A DNA stretch of 63,876 nucleotides, counting the filler, from Hyphochytrium catenoides (Eukaryota > Protista > Hyphochytriomycota), in the NCBI GenBank assembly GCA_900088475.1. It is 13 parts of 13 records of this genome, joined end to end, with 100 filler letters (N's around TTAATTAATTAA, not from the genome) between each part and the next. Parts side by side here need not be neighbours in the genome. Positions count along the whole stretch, not along the records: positions 25,618 to 34,051 come from FLMG01003328.1; positions 34,152 to 39,442 come from FLMG01001196.1; positions 39,543 to 42,936 come from FLMG01002954.1; 10 more parts are not named here. The stretch is one strand, 5' to 3'. The notes under the pieces were generated by a model. The model did not search any database. It saw only the letters and a list, made by a program, of their open reading frames with translations, and was not told the origin of the DNA. Shown piece by piece: positions 28,485-41,661 of this stretch; positions within the stretch are counted from its first letter, which is position 1; each line of letters begins with the position of its first letter. The translations under genes and the position numbers were made by a program.

Positions 28485-30266
28485 TTAACAAAAGCCGAGC
28501 CACTTGCACCAGAAGCTCGGCTCCTCCTCCTCAATCTCGTTCACATCCTGTTCAGAGGGTGGAGGAGGTGTAGTTGTGTATGAAGATGGCGCAGAAGAAG
28601 GTGTCGGCTTAGGAGTGGGCGCGTACGGAGATGGCGTAGGAGAAGGGGTTGGCTTTGGAGTGGGGGCAGGTGTTGGTTTGGGCGTAGGGGCAGGAGTGGG
28701 TGCAGGTGTTGGTTTGGGCGTTGGCTTAGGAGTAGGCGCAGGTGTTGGTGCTGGCGTGGGTGCAGGTGTTGGCTTTGAAGTAGGTGCAGGTGTTGGTGCT
28801 GGAGTGGGTGCAGTTGTTGGCTTCGGAGTAGGTGCAGCTATGGGTGCTGGAGTGGGTGCAGGTGTGGGCTTTGGAGTAGGTGCAGGTGTTGGTTTGGGCG
28901 TTGGCTTAGGAGTAGGCGCATAGGGAGATGGCGTAGGAGCAGGTGTTGGTGCTGGGGTGGGTGCAGTTGTTGGCTTCGGAGTTGGTGCAGGCGTTGGTGC
29001 TGGGGTGGGTGCAGGTGTTGGCTTTGGAGTAGGAGCAGGTGTTGGTGCTGGGGTGGGTGCAGGTGTTGGCTTTGGAGTAGGTGCAGGTGTTGGTGCTGGA
29101 GTGGGTGCAGGTGTGGGCTTCGGAGTAGGTGCAGGTGTTGGTTTGGGCGTTGGCTTAGGAGTAGGCGCATAGGGAGATGGCGTAGGAGCAGGTGTTGGTG
29201 CTGGGGTGGGTGCAGTTGTTGGCTTTGGAGTTGGAGCAGGCGTTGGTGCTGGAGTGGGTGCAGTTGTTGGCTTCGGAGTAGGTGCAGGAGTTGGTGCTGG
29301 AGTGGGTGCAGGGGTTGGCTTTGGAGTAGGTGCAGGTGTTGGTGCTGGAGTAGGTGCGGATGTTGGCTTTGGAGTAGGTGCAGATGTTGGCTTTGGAGTG
29401 GGTCCAGGTGTTGGCTTTGGAGTAGGTGCAGGTGTCGGTGCTGGAGTGGGTGCAGGAGTTGGTGCTGGAGTGGGTGCAGGGGTTGGCTTTGGAGTAGGTC
29501 CAGGGGTTGGCTTTGGAGTAGGTGCAGGTGTTGGTGCTGGAGTAGGTGCAGATGTTGGCTTTGGAGTGGGTCCAGGGGTTGGCTTTGGAGTAGGTGCAGG
29601 TGTTGGTGCTGGAGTAGGTGCGGATGTTGGCTTTGGAGTAGGTGCGGATGTTGGCTTTGGAGTAGGTGCAGGTGTTGGCTTTGGAGTAGGTGCGGATGTT
29701 GGCTTTGGAGTAGGTGCGGATGTTGGCTTTGGAGTAGGTGCAGGTGTTGGTGCTGGAGTGGGTCCAGGTGTTGGCTTTGGAGTAGGGTCAGGTGTTGGTG
29801 CTGGGGTTGGCGCAGGTGTTGGTGCTGGAGTGGGGCAGGGTGTTGGTTTGGGCGTCGGTGCAGGAGTTGGTGCTGGGGTAGGTGCTGGCGTCGGCTTTGG
29901 AGTCGGAGCAGGTGTTGGTGCAGGAGTTGGAATCTGCATCGCAGGAGTAGGTGCTTCAAAGGGAGGAACGGTGGAAGGCGTCGCCGTGGTGGGCAATCCT
30001 GTTGGACCTACATCTGGAGGAACAGGAACACAGCCGGGGACACCTGTATGAATGATCCTGCATTCGGATCCTTTCTCGAGACCGGGCTGAGGGCCAGGGC
30101 AGTTACCGTTAGGAAAGCCGCCAACACAAATAGGGATTTGTGCGCAAAAGGTGTCAACTCCCTCAACGGAGACCTCAAGCTGGCCCGGACGACACAAAGG
30201 TGGAGAACTTGCTAACACCAATGCTGGCGTTAGAACCAAAGCCGTGAGAAGACTGCAAAGCTGCAT
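28485..30266 (-). CDS. Secreted mucin-like Pro/Thr-rich protein with an N-terminal six-Cys domain
   Basis: Intronless 593-aa ORF; signal peptide [19 protein letters not shown]; Cys domain [19 protein letters not shown]...[14 protein letters not shown]...TGVPGC; long (A/K)PTP repeat; C-terminus [15 protein letters not shown]. Confidence 0.9.
   Translation of the reverse strand: MQLCSLLTALVLTPALVLASSPPLCRPGQLEVSVEGVDTFCAQIPICVGGFPNGNCPGPQPGLEKGSECRIIHTGVPGCVPVPPDVGPTGLPTTATPSTVPPFEAPTPAMQIPTPAPTPAPTPKPTPAPTPAPTPAPTPKPTPCPTPAPTPAPTPAPTPDPTPKPTPGPTPAPTPAPTPKPTSAPTPKPTSAPTPKPTPAPTPKPTSAPTPKPTSAPTPAPTPAPTPKPTPGPTPKPTSAPTPAPTPAPTPKPTPGPTPKPTPAPTPAPTPAPTPAPTPAPTPKPTPGPTPKPTSAPTPKPTSAPTPAPTPAPTPKPTPAPTPAPTPAPTPKPTTAPTPAPTPAPTPKPTTAPTPAPTPAPTPSPYAPTPKPTPKPTPAPTPKPTPAPTPAPTPAPTPKPTPAPTPAPTPAPTPKPTPAPTPAPTPAPTPKPTTAPTPAPTPAPTPSPYAPTPKPTPKPTPAPTPKPTPAPTPAPIAAPTPKPTTAPTPAPTPAPTSKPTPAPTPAPTPAPTPKPTPKPTPAPTPAPTPKPTPAPTPKPTPSPTPSPYAPTPKPTPSSAPSSYTTTPPPPSEQDVNEIEEEEPSFWCKWLGFC
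28600..29930 (-). repeat. Coding 12-bp minisatellite encoding PTPA/PTPK
   Basis: About 100 degenerate 12-bp units, with a higher-order duplication of the [13 protein letters not shown] block. Confidence 0.95.
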
Positions 30267-30739
30267 TTTTTAAGAAAAGAGAAGATCTTCTGATCAATAT
30301 TATAATAAACTGCGCGGGAACGATTCAATAGGACGCTGAGTCGATTTCTCACGCCAGCGGTAAGCGACTCTCTCTGGAGAAAATGAAGTGACCACCTCCT
30401 AGAGCTGCTCCTCCATCCTACTCCTGTTCACCAATCTAGGTAGTCTGGCCTTTCACACCGGTGTCAGATTATCAGATGAGAAGCTGACCCCAATCGTAGA
30501 AGAAGACAGCACTGGCTAGCCTGGTTTGGACAGTTGGTCACTTCCGCGTACATTCTGTCGAAGAGAATGAGAGGTTATCAGAAGTTCTACGACTGCGTTA
30601 GCTGACTAACAAACTGTTAGCTCTCTACCGCTGCATTGCAAGGCCGTAACTGTGCAACCAGGGGATATACGTCTTTTCTCGCTAGCTCACTAGGGCAAAA
30701 AAAGGGTCTCCCTTCTTCCCTTCTTATGATAGCCTTGTA

Positions 30740-31660
30740 GTTCACGACTCCGTCCACTGGTGAAGGAAGTTGCAGTCGAATAGATACAACATCCGCAAGA
30801 TCTCAAGCGCAAATGAGAGAACTTGTACCTTCTCTACGCGATCCTTTCAGAAAATATTTGACGCACTTTGTACAGCTGTAATAGGAAAAAGTGCTCAACT
30901 AAGAAGAAGCTCTTGAACACTGGAGACACGCCAGCAGCCTTCTTTCCCCATCTTTAGCGTGTACGCTGAGATCACCTTTGACCAGAGGAGAGTCTTGGCC
31001 CACGTTGACCTTTAGCTTGACCACTTTGGAAGTAGGAACGTTATTACCTCTAAAAGCCGTGATCTCACTTGCTCTTTTACCTCTAGCTCGCTTTTCCTTG
31101 TTATCTTCTTACACGATTCGAACCTCTTGTCATCAACAGTCACCTCCATTCCTATCTCCATCCCCTTCATCTCCGGCCACTTTCTTAGGGCAGATCCTCC
31201 CCTGTTTTTTTCCCTCCTCTGCAATGGCCATGGCGCGCCTTTGTACGCAGAAGGAGAAGATGGAAGGACTAAGAGGGAAGACGATCCTACCGCAGTAAAA
31301 ACTCCTTTCCATCGGAAGAACCACTTATCTCTTACTACCGTTACTTTCCTACTACCGTTTTAAGAGAGCTCATATAACGGTAGTGTAGTATCGGAGTAGT
31401 GCTTATCACTCATCACGGTCAATAGGGTTGGTTACTAGTTCTACGGCTTTTCCCCTTCCTTCAGTAGTCCTTGTCCCTTTAGCACAGCTCTTGTGCAGCG
31501 TGAGGAGTAAAACCTCATAGGATAGAAGACCGAAGATGAGGGTAAGCTGTCCTCAAATACGGGATCATAGCACGAAAATAGGAGTCGTCGAAAGATGAGA
31601 AGCGCCTACGTGGTCCTTTGGACAACATATACCTTCTCACCAAACTATCCACTTGTACAC
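30740..31660 (-). pseudogene. Possible highly degenerate hAT-like transposase relic
   Basis: Stop-broken fragments LVRRYML..RRFSSFDDSYFRAMIPYL..AYP (~31650-31520), TTLPLYESSLKTVV and CVKYF...RLQLPSP loosely follow hAT motif order. Confidence 0.2.
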
Positions 31661-34151
31661 GTCGGTTTCCCCTCACTTACGTTTTTTCTACTTTCGAGCT
31701 TTCCGCCCTCAATCTTTTGGATACATCGTCGTCATTCTTCAGTGGAAGCTTCTTAGTTCTTTATTAGCGTGCTACCGCCATTAGTCGGCACATTTTTTCA
31801 AAGAAGAAGACATTCCGATTCTCCGGCAAGTTCTCAGGTCTCCAGTCGTAGCGGCATTGCTGATAGAAGTCTGGTGAGCGCTGAGCGCTCTCCTCTCAGT
31901 ACTCTTATTCTCCTCAGTAGTTCTAGTACTCTCAACAATTTTTTTGATCTCCACATAGTCCATCCAGCATCCAGTCACTCTTCTCTGTCAATCTTAGACC
32001 TCAATAGGGTGAAAAAAATAAGAGGATCTTTTTGCAATGGCATCTCACCTCTGCCAACTTGCTGTGAAGCTGCACTACGTGTACTAGTTCGACTGCAACA
32101 GAACTAGGTGAACAAGTAAGGGATCTCCGTTTGATTCTACAGCTCGAGAAGGCCCACACTGTAATAATGGAACTATAGTTGTTGTGTACACAGACATTGG
32201 TCTGCTCTTTTTATGAAGCTCTTTAGGAAACACAGCTGGACAGTTGAGTGAAGAAAGCTCCGGTGGCAGCAGTTGCTTTATAGGCCTCTTACTCTATAAT
32301 TACTATTGTCGCTCTCCCACAATAATATGCCAGGAAGGCCGGCAGTAGAAGTTAACTCGTGAGCCCTATGACAAGAGGCATGAGCTCTTGCCTGGTTCAG
32401 GTAGAACTACATCTTACACATGTACAGTGCAGGTCCTGGTACACAAAGAAGTGGATTCTGTCAATCCAGTTCGTTCCAAAATAATGGTAGAACTAGAGAT
32501 GAATTTGCCGCAGGTCTACAGTCCTACAGGGTGAGGTGGGTCGTGAGTTCTCGAGTTGAAGACTAGTAGATCTTCCATAATAGGTGGAAAGTAGTTCTAT
32601 TTGTCTTACCGTTCGTCAGCAAAAGCTGAGCGGTCTGACACGATGTCTGAACAGCACTGATAGTCCCACTATAGTTACAATCCGCTCCCACTTTTTGGTA
32701 GAGACAAATTGACTGAGCTTTGGTAGTACTCCTCGACGTGTTCGAGAGGTCTTATGGCTCATTTTTATTATTATTGACTGCTGTGCATTCGGGCTACAGA
32801 TTAGACAGCTCATGTCTCTCGTCTCCTGGTCTCCTGTCTTCTAGACCGGACCACCGGCAAGCATAGTAGATCCGCGTCAAGAGGTTACCTCGTAGCACAC
32901 GTCTAGATTTAGAACTATCGGGTAGGTATGTCATAACGGAGTGACATCTTGAAGGTTGGCCGTGCTCTTGATTTTATAAAACAAATAGCATGCTTTGTTG
33001 TTAGCCGGTGTTCGGACTCCGTGGGTGCGTTAGCTATAACAAGTTTCCAACAATTGCCGCCATAGTAAAAGAACGAGAGGTGTCTTCAAGCTGGAGTTGT
33101 AGAGCGAACCGTAGGAGGGAAACGTTGATGATACGCTTTCGTGTCGTCTTTGGGTCTTTGGCCGTGTTCCAGGGACCCGTGCCATTTTTTTTGTTAGTCT
33201 GAGTAGATTATCATCCTTGCCGACTGGCCAAGGATGACCAAGCTAGAAGAAGGAGGTTCTCGGGTGGTGCGGTGGTGAACTCTCCTAAACTTTGATTAGC
33301 TCATATTCAAGGATGATGAGGCCTTCAAGGACTTCATATCTACTCTAATAATGAATGGAGATAGACGGAAATATACTGAGAATGACTGCCTGTCCCCCAA
33401 AAGGACCGACGATGAGGAGGCGGCATGTGGTCATGTAGGTTCTAGTGACCAGGAGTATAACCCTCGCAGCTTTGTCATCATTGACCAGTGATAGCAGGAA
33501 GCTGTACGCGGAGCACAAAGCTGACTCCCTATTACGGTGGAGCTTATGCTGTATACGGTCCAGGGACAACAACAACTGCGGTCATGTCTTCCTTTGCAAC
33601 CACATGTAGAACTAGTAGTAGCCTCCTGTAGACTAGCGTCTGCAAAGCGTTGTTGTTGCTTCTGGTGGCCTTGTCGACGTCAAGAAACCTAACCCGCTCT
33701 CTAAACACAGCTGAGCTAATGAACACCTGTTATTTAGTGCCATTAGCAACACCTAGGAAGGAGGAAATCACCTCTTTCAAGCGTCTCGAGCGAGAGCACA
33801 GCAGGTGAGAATCCGCCTTCTGGAGACTTTTGATGGCTGAAGTTTTGCTGTTGTCATCACCCAGGAGAAGAGAGTCCATCATTAACGATCAACAGACAAT
33901 TCAGATGGCTCCGTCTTCTTGCAGTTCTGATCGTCCGACCGTTCATAAGAAGGAAGAAGGAGGAGGCATAGTAGTGGAAGTTATTGGTGAGAGATACGAA
34001 TATGTCCCGCAAACGATGGGCCACCATACTACGCAGAGTAAACGGAAAACCNNNNNNNNNNNNNNNNNNNNNNNNNNNNNNNNNNNNNNNNNNNNTTAAT
34101 TAATTAANNNNNNNNNNNNNNNNNNNNNNNNNNNNNNNNNNNNNNNNNNNN

Positions 34152-34441
34152 CCGTAGGAGAGAATTGCACCTATAAGAAGAGAGAGAGAGAGAGAGAGAG
34201 AGTTAGAGAAACGGAGAGAGTAGAGAGAGGGTAGCGAGTGAGGAAAGATTCGTTGACGACAAATGGAGGAAAGAGGGAGAAAGAGAAGCCCGGAAAAGTG
34301 AGGGAGAGAGACCCAACGAGAACAAGAAAGAAGAGAAAGGTACGGCCGTAGAGGTAAAGGGAAGTGGCCGCAGGGACCGCCAGAGAGCGGGAGTGAGAGG
34401 GTTTCCGGGTAAGGNNNNNNNNNNNNNNNNNNNNNNNNNNN

Positions 34442-34473
<32 letters not shown>

Positions 34474-35129
34474 CAAAAGTGTGGAGGTACAATTGAGCCA
34501 CGGATAGCAGAAGAGAGCCACACTTGGAAGCAAATGCAAAGAGAGCGAAAGATGAACAGCGTCAACTTGGAAAAGACCGAGACGGAGAGAAAGAGAGAGA
34601 GAAATAGAGAGAGAAAAAGAGAAGGATATATATATATATAGAGAGAGAGAGAGAAGAAGCGACAACTTGGCGTACCGCTTTGCTTGCGATTGCCAGTCCC
34701 TTCTTCCTGGCTCCTGGGTCTGCTCCTCTCCTGGCTCCAGGCAGTCTCTCTCCCTCTCTCTCTTCTTCTTCTCTCTCTTCCAGTCCCTCTCTCCCGCTGT
34801 GGAGATAGTCCAGCACTCCCTCTAGCGCTCGATTGTGAGAAAGCTGATATTTCTTGAGGAGAAGACGCTGCGTTGTCTCGTAGATGCAAACATATTTACT
34901 CTCTCCTCCCGCCAGGAGACAGGACCCGTCAGCAGAGTAACAAAGACTGCAGTATCGGGAGGGAGAGAGAGAGCAAGAGAAAGAAAGAGAGAAAGAGAGA
35001 CAGGGAGAGAGAAAGCGAAGAGAAGAGAAAAGGAGGGAAGAAAGGAGTTAAGGCCAAAATACATATTAGAGAATCCTCCTACCCGTTTTAAAGAACAGAA
35101 CGATAACCAGAGAGAGTGTCGGAGGAATG

Positions 35130-35177
<48 letters not shown>

Positions 35178-35470
35178 AAGAGACAGAGAACGGAAATGGA
35201 AGACGGGACAAAAATGGGAGAAAAAAAAGAGAGACGCAGAAACTAGTAACGAGACGTTAAAGAGATAGATAGAAAAAAAGAGCGAGAGAGAGAAAGAGAG
35301 ACAGAGAGAGAGGTTATTGTCCTCTGTACCTGGTGAAGTGCTTGGAAGACACGTTATTCGCTGCGGTGACTTTATCTGTCGACTTTCTTCCCCCGGCAAT
35401 GTCTCTCGTGCCCTCGATCACGCCTTGCAACTCACTGACCATCAGGGTGTGCACACACCAAGAGAGAGAA

Positions 35471-35504
<34 letters not shown>

Positions 35505-36127
35505 GGAGAGAAAGAGAGAGAGAGAGAGAGATACACAGAGAGTAGCATTAGTCGGCTCACATAGTGAGAGAAAGAGAATAAGAGAGAGCCAGAGAGATAT
35601 GAGGATAAAAGAAGCGGTGGACTGGGGCGACACAGAAAGAGTGCGTGTATGACGATAAGAAAGAGAACGAGAGCGAAAGAGGAAATAAGAGAGAGAGAGA
35701 GAGAGAGAGATCAAAAGAGAGAGAGAGTCCAAAACACGGAGTGGTTGCCTGTCTCTCCTCACCCCTCCTGTGGGTCCCACAAGCTGATCTGTCCGTCCAA
35801 ACTAGCGACCGCGAGCTGCTTCCCGTCCGGCCGGAAAGAGAGAGAGAGAGCCTCAGAACTGACTGCTAAAGGTTCTATCATCCGCGAATTGTAGATGTCC
35901 CAGAGACGGACAGTCTTGTCCCATGAGGCACTTGCAAGGAGAGGCTAGATGAAGAGAGAGAGAGAAAGAGAAAGAAAGAGAAGGGTGTAAGATCGTACAG
36001 AAACAGAGAGCGTGGAACTGTAGCCATGAGGGGAACAGAAAGAGAGAAAAATCACGCAGCGAAGCAAAGTGCGAGGTAATGACACTGTGAAACAGAGGAG
36101 AGAAAAGAGAGAAGAGAGCAAGAGAGA

Positions 36128-36168
<41 letters not shown>

Positions 36169-37687
36169 GGCGCGGGAAAGAAAGACTACCTCGTAAGGGT
36201 TAAAAGCTAAGGACACAACTGGCGCCTCATGACCACTGAAGACATCCAACAGGCGGCCAGTCTGCAGTGACCTGAAGAGAGAAATTTGTGAGTGAGAGAG
36301 AGAAAGAGAGAGAGAAGAGTATGCGAGAGAGGAGATACTTGGCTCGGCCGAAGAAAGTATGTTGAGAAGAGAGAGAGACCGGGAGAGAGGAAGACAAAAA
36401 GAGATGCTCGATCTAGCCCTACCAGACATAGATATCGAAAGGATTGTTAGAGCCCGCGCAGACAACTTCCCCTGAGCTATCGATGGCGAGGCTCACTAAC
36501 TGTTAGGTTCAGAGAGAGAGAGAGGGAGAGAGAGACGAAGAGAGTGAAGGAAAGACATGTAGAATGAGAAAGAGAGAGAGAGATTTAGTGAGCGTCAGAA
36601 AGGGGAAGAGGAGAACAGGCATCTTAGGGAAAGTTCATGTGCTAGGTGTTTTGCGCTCTTTCTCTTCTCTTCTCTTCTCTCTCTCTCTCTCTCTCTCCGC
36701 GACTTACGGCCCCCTCTTCTCTCTCTTTCTCTTTTTTGCCACCACCATCTCTCTCTCTCTCTCATTCTCTCTCTCTTCTGTACCTGAACTGGCTGGGGAG
36801 TGGTGAGCGTCCTAAAGTTTCTATAGCGCGTCAGGTCAAAGGCGCGCACTGTTCCGTCCAAGCTTGAGCTCAAAATCACGTTTCCCTTAGAGCTAAACAC
36901 CACGCCTGAGACAGACAGAGAGAGAGAGAGAGAGAGAGAAAGGCGGCAAAAAGAGATACAGATAGTTAGGAGAAGCAAAAGGAAAAAAAGACCAGACAAC
37001 CGGGCAGAGTAACTTGAGAAAAAGACATCGCAAGTCGCAGGAGAGATTGAGAGAGAGAGAGATTTTGTTAAGGAGGCAACTTGAAATGTGGAAACAGCAA
37101 GGTCGCAGATAGTGTATGTTTCTCTTCTCTCTCTCTCTCTTTGTCTCTTCACACCTGATATCGGTGCCACGTGCTCGGTGAAGGTGACGAAGCAGAAGCC
37201 GCTGGAAGTGTTCCAGAGCTTTACTCTTCCGTCCTCTCCCCCTGTGACAAGCAGCTGAGGCGAAAGACAGAGGAAGAGCCAGACAGACAACGAGAAGCGA
37301 TAGAGAGAGAGAGGCAAGAGAGAAAGGGAAGATGGGTCTTAGCCACGCCTTCCACTTTTTTAAACCTTCTGTCTCTCTCTCCCCCGCTTTTTTCCCGCCA
37401 TTCTCTTTCTTTTCCCTTTATCGCATATTTCCCCCTCATTTTCAATGATAGGTGCCATCCATCTGAAAGGAAAAAAGCGTCCAACTTTCCTTACCCTTTC
37501 TTTCTTTCTTTCTCTCTCTCTCTCTCGCCCTCTCTCTCTCTCATTTATGCTCTCTCCGCGTCTTTTGCTTCTCTCTCCGCACCACCTTTAGCGCGTGTCT
37601 CTCACCCTTTCCATCCATTCCTTTTTCTGTCTCTCTTTCCTCTTTTTCCTCGTAGTATCTCGACCTTGCCATTCCTCTCTCTCTCTT

Positions 37688-37734
<47 letters not shown>

Positions 37735-38138
37735 TACCTGTCCATCGGGAGAGAAGCTGATGGCGTTCACATCATAGAAATGTCCCTGTTGTTTGAGGAC
37801 ATAACTCTCGCTCTGCCACTCCCAGACCAGCAGCTGCCCCAGCGCGCTACTCCCTAACGCTAACCAGTCCCCAGAGCCGCTAACGGTCACGCTGTCCAGG
37901 CTGCGCTGACTGATGGAGAGAGTGTGGATGGCGGTCACGGAAGGACTCTCTCTCTCTTCTCCCGCTCTCTCTCTCTCTCTTTGAGCCTCTNNNNNNNNNN
38001 NNNNNNNNNNNNNNNNNNNNNNNNNNNNNNNNNNNNNNNNNNNNNNNNNNNNNGATGCCAAAGAGTCCATGAGAGAAGCCTACGATTAGCAGATCTTTGG
38101 AGCGATGGAAGGCCACGGAGCGGACCTAAGAGAGGAAT

Positions 38139-38191
<53 letters not shown>

Positions 38192-38508
38192 CAAAGAGAG
38201 ACAAAGAGAGAGAAAGAGAAGTGAAGGGAGAAGTTGGGGAGCAAGGGAGGCAACATTCGTGAGTAAGATTGGCGGTATTCTATGGTAGCACGAGGGCAGA
38301 GAGAGAGAGAGAGAGAGGAATGCAAAGAGAGAGAGAGAGTTTCATGACAAGGACAGTAGCTTTACAATAGAGAACAATGACGTAACAAAGGGAGCGGAAA
38401 GGGAGAGCATAGGAAGAAAACTATTCGACATTAATGAAAAGAGGAAAGAGAGAGATAGAGAGAAGGACAAATAGAGGTTAGGGCGTGCAAGACAGAGAGA
38501 GAAAGAAC

Positions 38509-38551
<43 letters not shown>

Positions 38552-38629
38552 GAAGGGAGAAAGTTGGGGAGCAAGGGAGGCAACATTCGTGAGTAAAATT
38601 GGCGGTATTCTTATGGTAGCACACACGAG

Positions 38630-38663
<34 letters not shown>

Positions 38664-38848
38664 TGCAAAGAGAGAGAGAGAGTTTCATGACAAGGACAGT
38701 AGCTTCACAACAGAGAACAATGACGTACAAAAGGGAGCGGAAAGGGAGAGCATAAAAGAAAACTATTCGACATAGATGAAAAGAGGAAAGAGAGAGAGAG
38801 AGAAGGACAAATAGAGGTTAGGGCGTGCAAGACAGAGAGAGAAAGAAC

Positions 38849-38882
<34 letters not shown>

Positions 38883-39101
38883 GATTGAGAGAGAGAGAAA
38901 AGGCGGGCGAAGTAAGTGAACCTTGCTATGATCCTCATTGAAATAGTGCTTCTTCTCTATCGTCCACTTCAGCTTTTCGGCAAGGAGAGGCTTCTCTTCA
39001 TTTTCATTGTCTCTCTCTCTTGATTCTCTTTCCTCTCCCAGCTGCGGGTGCTTCTCATACCGCCAGACATAGCAAGCGGCGTCCTTGGACACTGTGTACA
39101 C
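34152..39101 (-). CDS. PWP2: Periodic tryptophan protein 2 (UTP1, WD40 SSU processome subunit), partial at both ends
   Basis: Exons encode LGQLLVWEWQSESYVLKQQGH, LVTGGEDGRVKLWNTSSGFCFVTFTEH, SSSLDGTVRAFDLTRYRNFRTLTTP, SLQTGRLLDVFSGHEAPV, SASWDKTVRLWD, FRPDGKQLAVASLDGQI, IEGTRDIAGGRK, CYSADGSCLLAGGESKYVCIY, VQFSPT. Confidence 0.96.
38217..38880. repeat. Near-identical ~330-bp tandem duplication inside a PWP2 intron
   Basis: GAAGTGAAGGGAG...GGTTAGGGCGTGCAAGACAG occurs at ~38217-38545 and ~38546-38880 with scattered indels and substitutions. Confidence 0.9.
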
Positions 39102-39118
39102 CTTAGTAAAGAGTGAAG

Positions 39119-39194
<76 letters not shown>

Positions 39195-39378
39195 ACGTAA
39201 GAGAGACAAAGAGAGAACAGGAGGGAAGGGTCAACAAGTTGGTGAGGAGATGGCCGTCATTGTTCGGACGATGCGAGGGAGAGAGAAAAAGACAGCAGCG
39301 TAGAGGAAAAGAGAAGATAGAGCGAAAGTAGACAGTTGCAGAGTGATTCCCCTAGGTTGATTCCCTAGGTAAGAAGCT

Positions 39379-39421
<43 letters not shown>

Positions 39422-39895
39422 GAGAGTGAAGTATATGCTAGANNNNNNNNNNNNNNNNNNNNNNNNNNNNNNNNNNNNNNNNNNNNTTAATTAATTAANN
39501 NNNNNNNNNNNNNNNNNNNNNNNNNNNNNNNNNNNNNNNNNNAGTAGAAGGAGCGACAGAGGTACTATGGGTGTGATGTGACGTCTGATAACACAATAGT
39601 GACTGTCTATTATACTGCTTGTTCCAGGAGACACCGATGGAGAGACAGAGCCATAGACAGGAATCTCTAGCAAAAAAGGTCTGGACAAGGAGATAATCTG
39701 TGGTGCACTCTTCAGACACTCGCTCTTATCAAGTGAGAGTCTGAGAGTCAAGGAAGTGAGAGGTAGAGACTAGAAGACGCGCTGCCTTTGCACCCACCTC
39801 AGAGCGAGTAAAGACGGTCAAGGGAGAAGAGAGGCAAAAAAGGGGACTCTGAAAATGTAGAAGAAATAGAGAAGTGATCGTCAGCAGTAGCTGTA

Positions 39896-41661
39896 TCACT
39901 CTTCAAGCTTCATTCTTGAGACCAGCCCTTGCCAAGTGTGAAGATCTTCAGGCGTGGCCTTTAAGAGCATTCCCTTCAGCAGTCGAACATCACTCTTGGC
40001 CCTTTCCAGCTGCTGTGCAAGATCTTCGAGGCATTTGCTCTTTTCTGGCCCTCTCTCTTCCGTAGTGTTGGCGATAATACCACTAGACATCTGTAGATGA
40101 CCTTCTTTGCTTGCAGTCTTCTTCATGTCTTCAGATGCAGGAGAAGATTGTGGGAGCTGAGGCTGCTCTTTAGATGGTAGACTCTCCACTCTGTCTCCCG
40201 CACAGGACTGCTGGTCACTGAAAGATACTGGTGGACTGCTACCTTCGTATAAGCTTTGACTTCTCAGACGCTTCCGTGTGTTAATTGCGGCGCCTGCTCT
40301 TGCAAACTGACTTGACTCTTCTGCGGCTATCTTTTTACCGAGAGGACTGGGCGACACCGAGGGCACTAGATACTTTTCTTGTGGGAAGGAGAGTGAAGAA
40401 CTGGCCGCCCGAGAGGCTACGGTTCCCTGTTCTGTTTTCGTCACGCCTCCCTTTCTCCTGCTTTTACCATTTCGCGAAGGACGCAGTCTTCTTCTATTGG
40501 CTGCTCTCTCTTTCTGGGCCTCTCTTATCTTTGGTTTGAAGCTTGAGTGTAACACATAGAGGAAGCGTTTAGTCCTCTCTGTCGAGGCTTTCTCAATGAC
40601 ACCTCTTTGGCAAAATAGCTGAGCTCCGAAGGCGTGATCCCATAGTATGCGCATGTCTTGGCGTTATTGGCAATCTGTGGTGCTTCTGCATCTTTTTCAT
40701 CTTCCCCTTCAGCTGCCTCCTCTTCCTCTGTCTCCAGGTTGCCATCAGCTTTCCGATCGGGAGGTTCTTCGTGGCTGTTGATGGATATGTCGTCGCCGGG
40801 AGAGGAGGACGATACGGTGTCTTTGTCCTCGTCCAAGTCATCGTAAAGCCCGTCTAATGTTAGCACGCTGGGGATAGCGGGCTTATCACTCGGGATACCT
40901 AGAGCGTCAAAGTAAGGCACAATAACGAAGAGCGGCCGTTCTTCCATGCAGATAACGTCATAGAAGTGCAATTGTCGCCAGTACCGCGCCACTCCAGCTT
41001 TACTGAGAAGCTTAAAGAGGCCTAATGTCCCCCAGCTCTTGTCATCTCCATATACGTTCTTGACCTGTATTGCACTGACGTCCTCTAGCTCGAAATGCAG
41101 CCTTCTATAGTTCTTATGCAGGGGAAAATTGCTATCTAAGGCGATAGTGATCCTCTCCTCAATATCTAGCGCCCACCCTTTGCAAAGCGCTGACCATTGT
41201 CCTCTTTGTAAGTCCAAGACCGCTCCTAGCACTCCAGTCTCTTCAAATCTGGCATAGTAGAACTCCCAAACAGACAGGAGCTCTTCCACTTGTCCGAACA
41301 CGGGATCTTTGTATATGTTCCAGTTCCATACCTCGCCATATTGAAGGCCAACAATAGTAAGATCTTCCGGCTCTCTCCCTTCTTCTTCTTCTAGTGACCA
41401 GTCTGACATTTCCTGGCTGACAAAGGAAGATGGACGACCTCCCTTGTTGGTCCGAAGCTCACCCAAGACCCCGCCAGCGGCTAAAACAAAGATTTCTTGG
41501 ACGAACAAGTCCATAGATTTCCCTTTGTAGAGCTGGAAATCCTTGCCTTTGATATAGTCTACACCGACAAAGCGGATGAGCATGTTTGGCTGCAGCTGTA
41601 TGAGGTTCTTTCCTTGTCGTGCTGCCACATGATACTCGTTGAAGAGAAAGTATGTGCTCAT
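39896..41661 (-). CDS. Intronless orphan protein split by one frameshift
   Basis: The likely start MSTYFLF at 41661 gives a complex, globular-looking ~290 aa then an acidic tract to the stop at 40525. An overlapping frame 40654-39896 continues as a basic, Ser-rich tail with a coiled-coil-like end. Confidence 0.5.

Noticed and set aside
28504-30051. GVGAGV antisense ORFs and the HLLQ alternative-frame ORF
   Set aside because: Shadows of the 12-bp coding repeat; only the PTPA frame has a signal peptide and a Cys domain.
32929-33800. TGTCATAACGG as an LTR terminus
   Set aside because: No second LTR, primer-binding site or gag/pol remnants identifiable.
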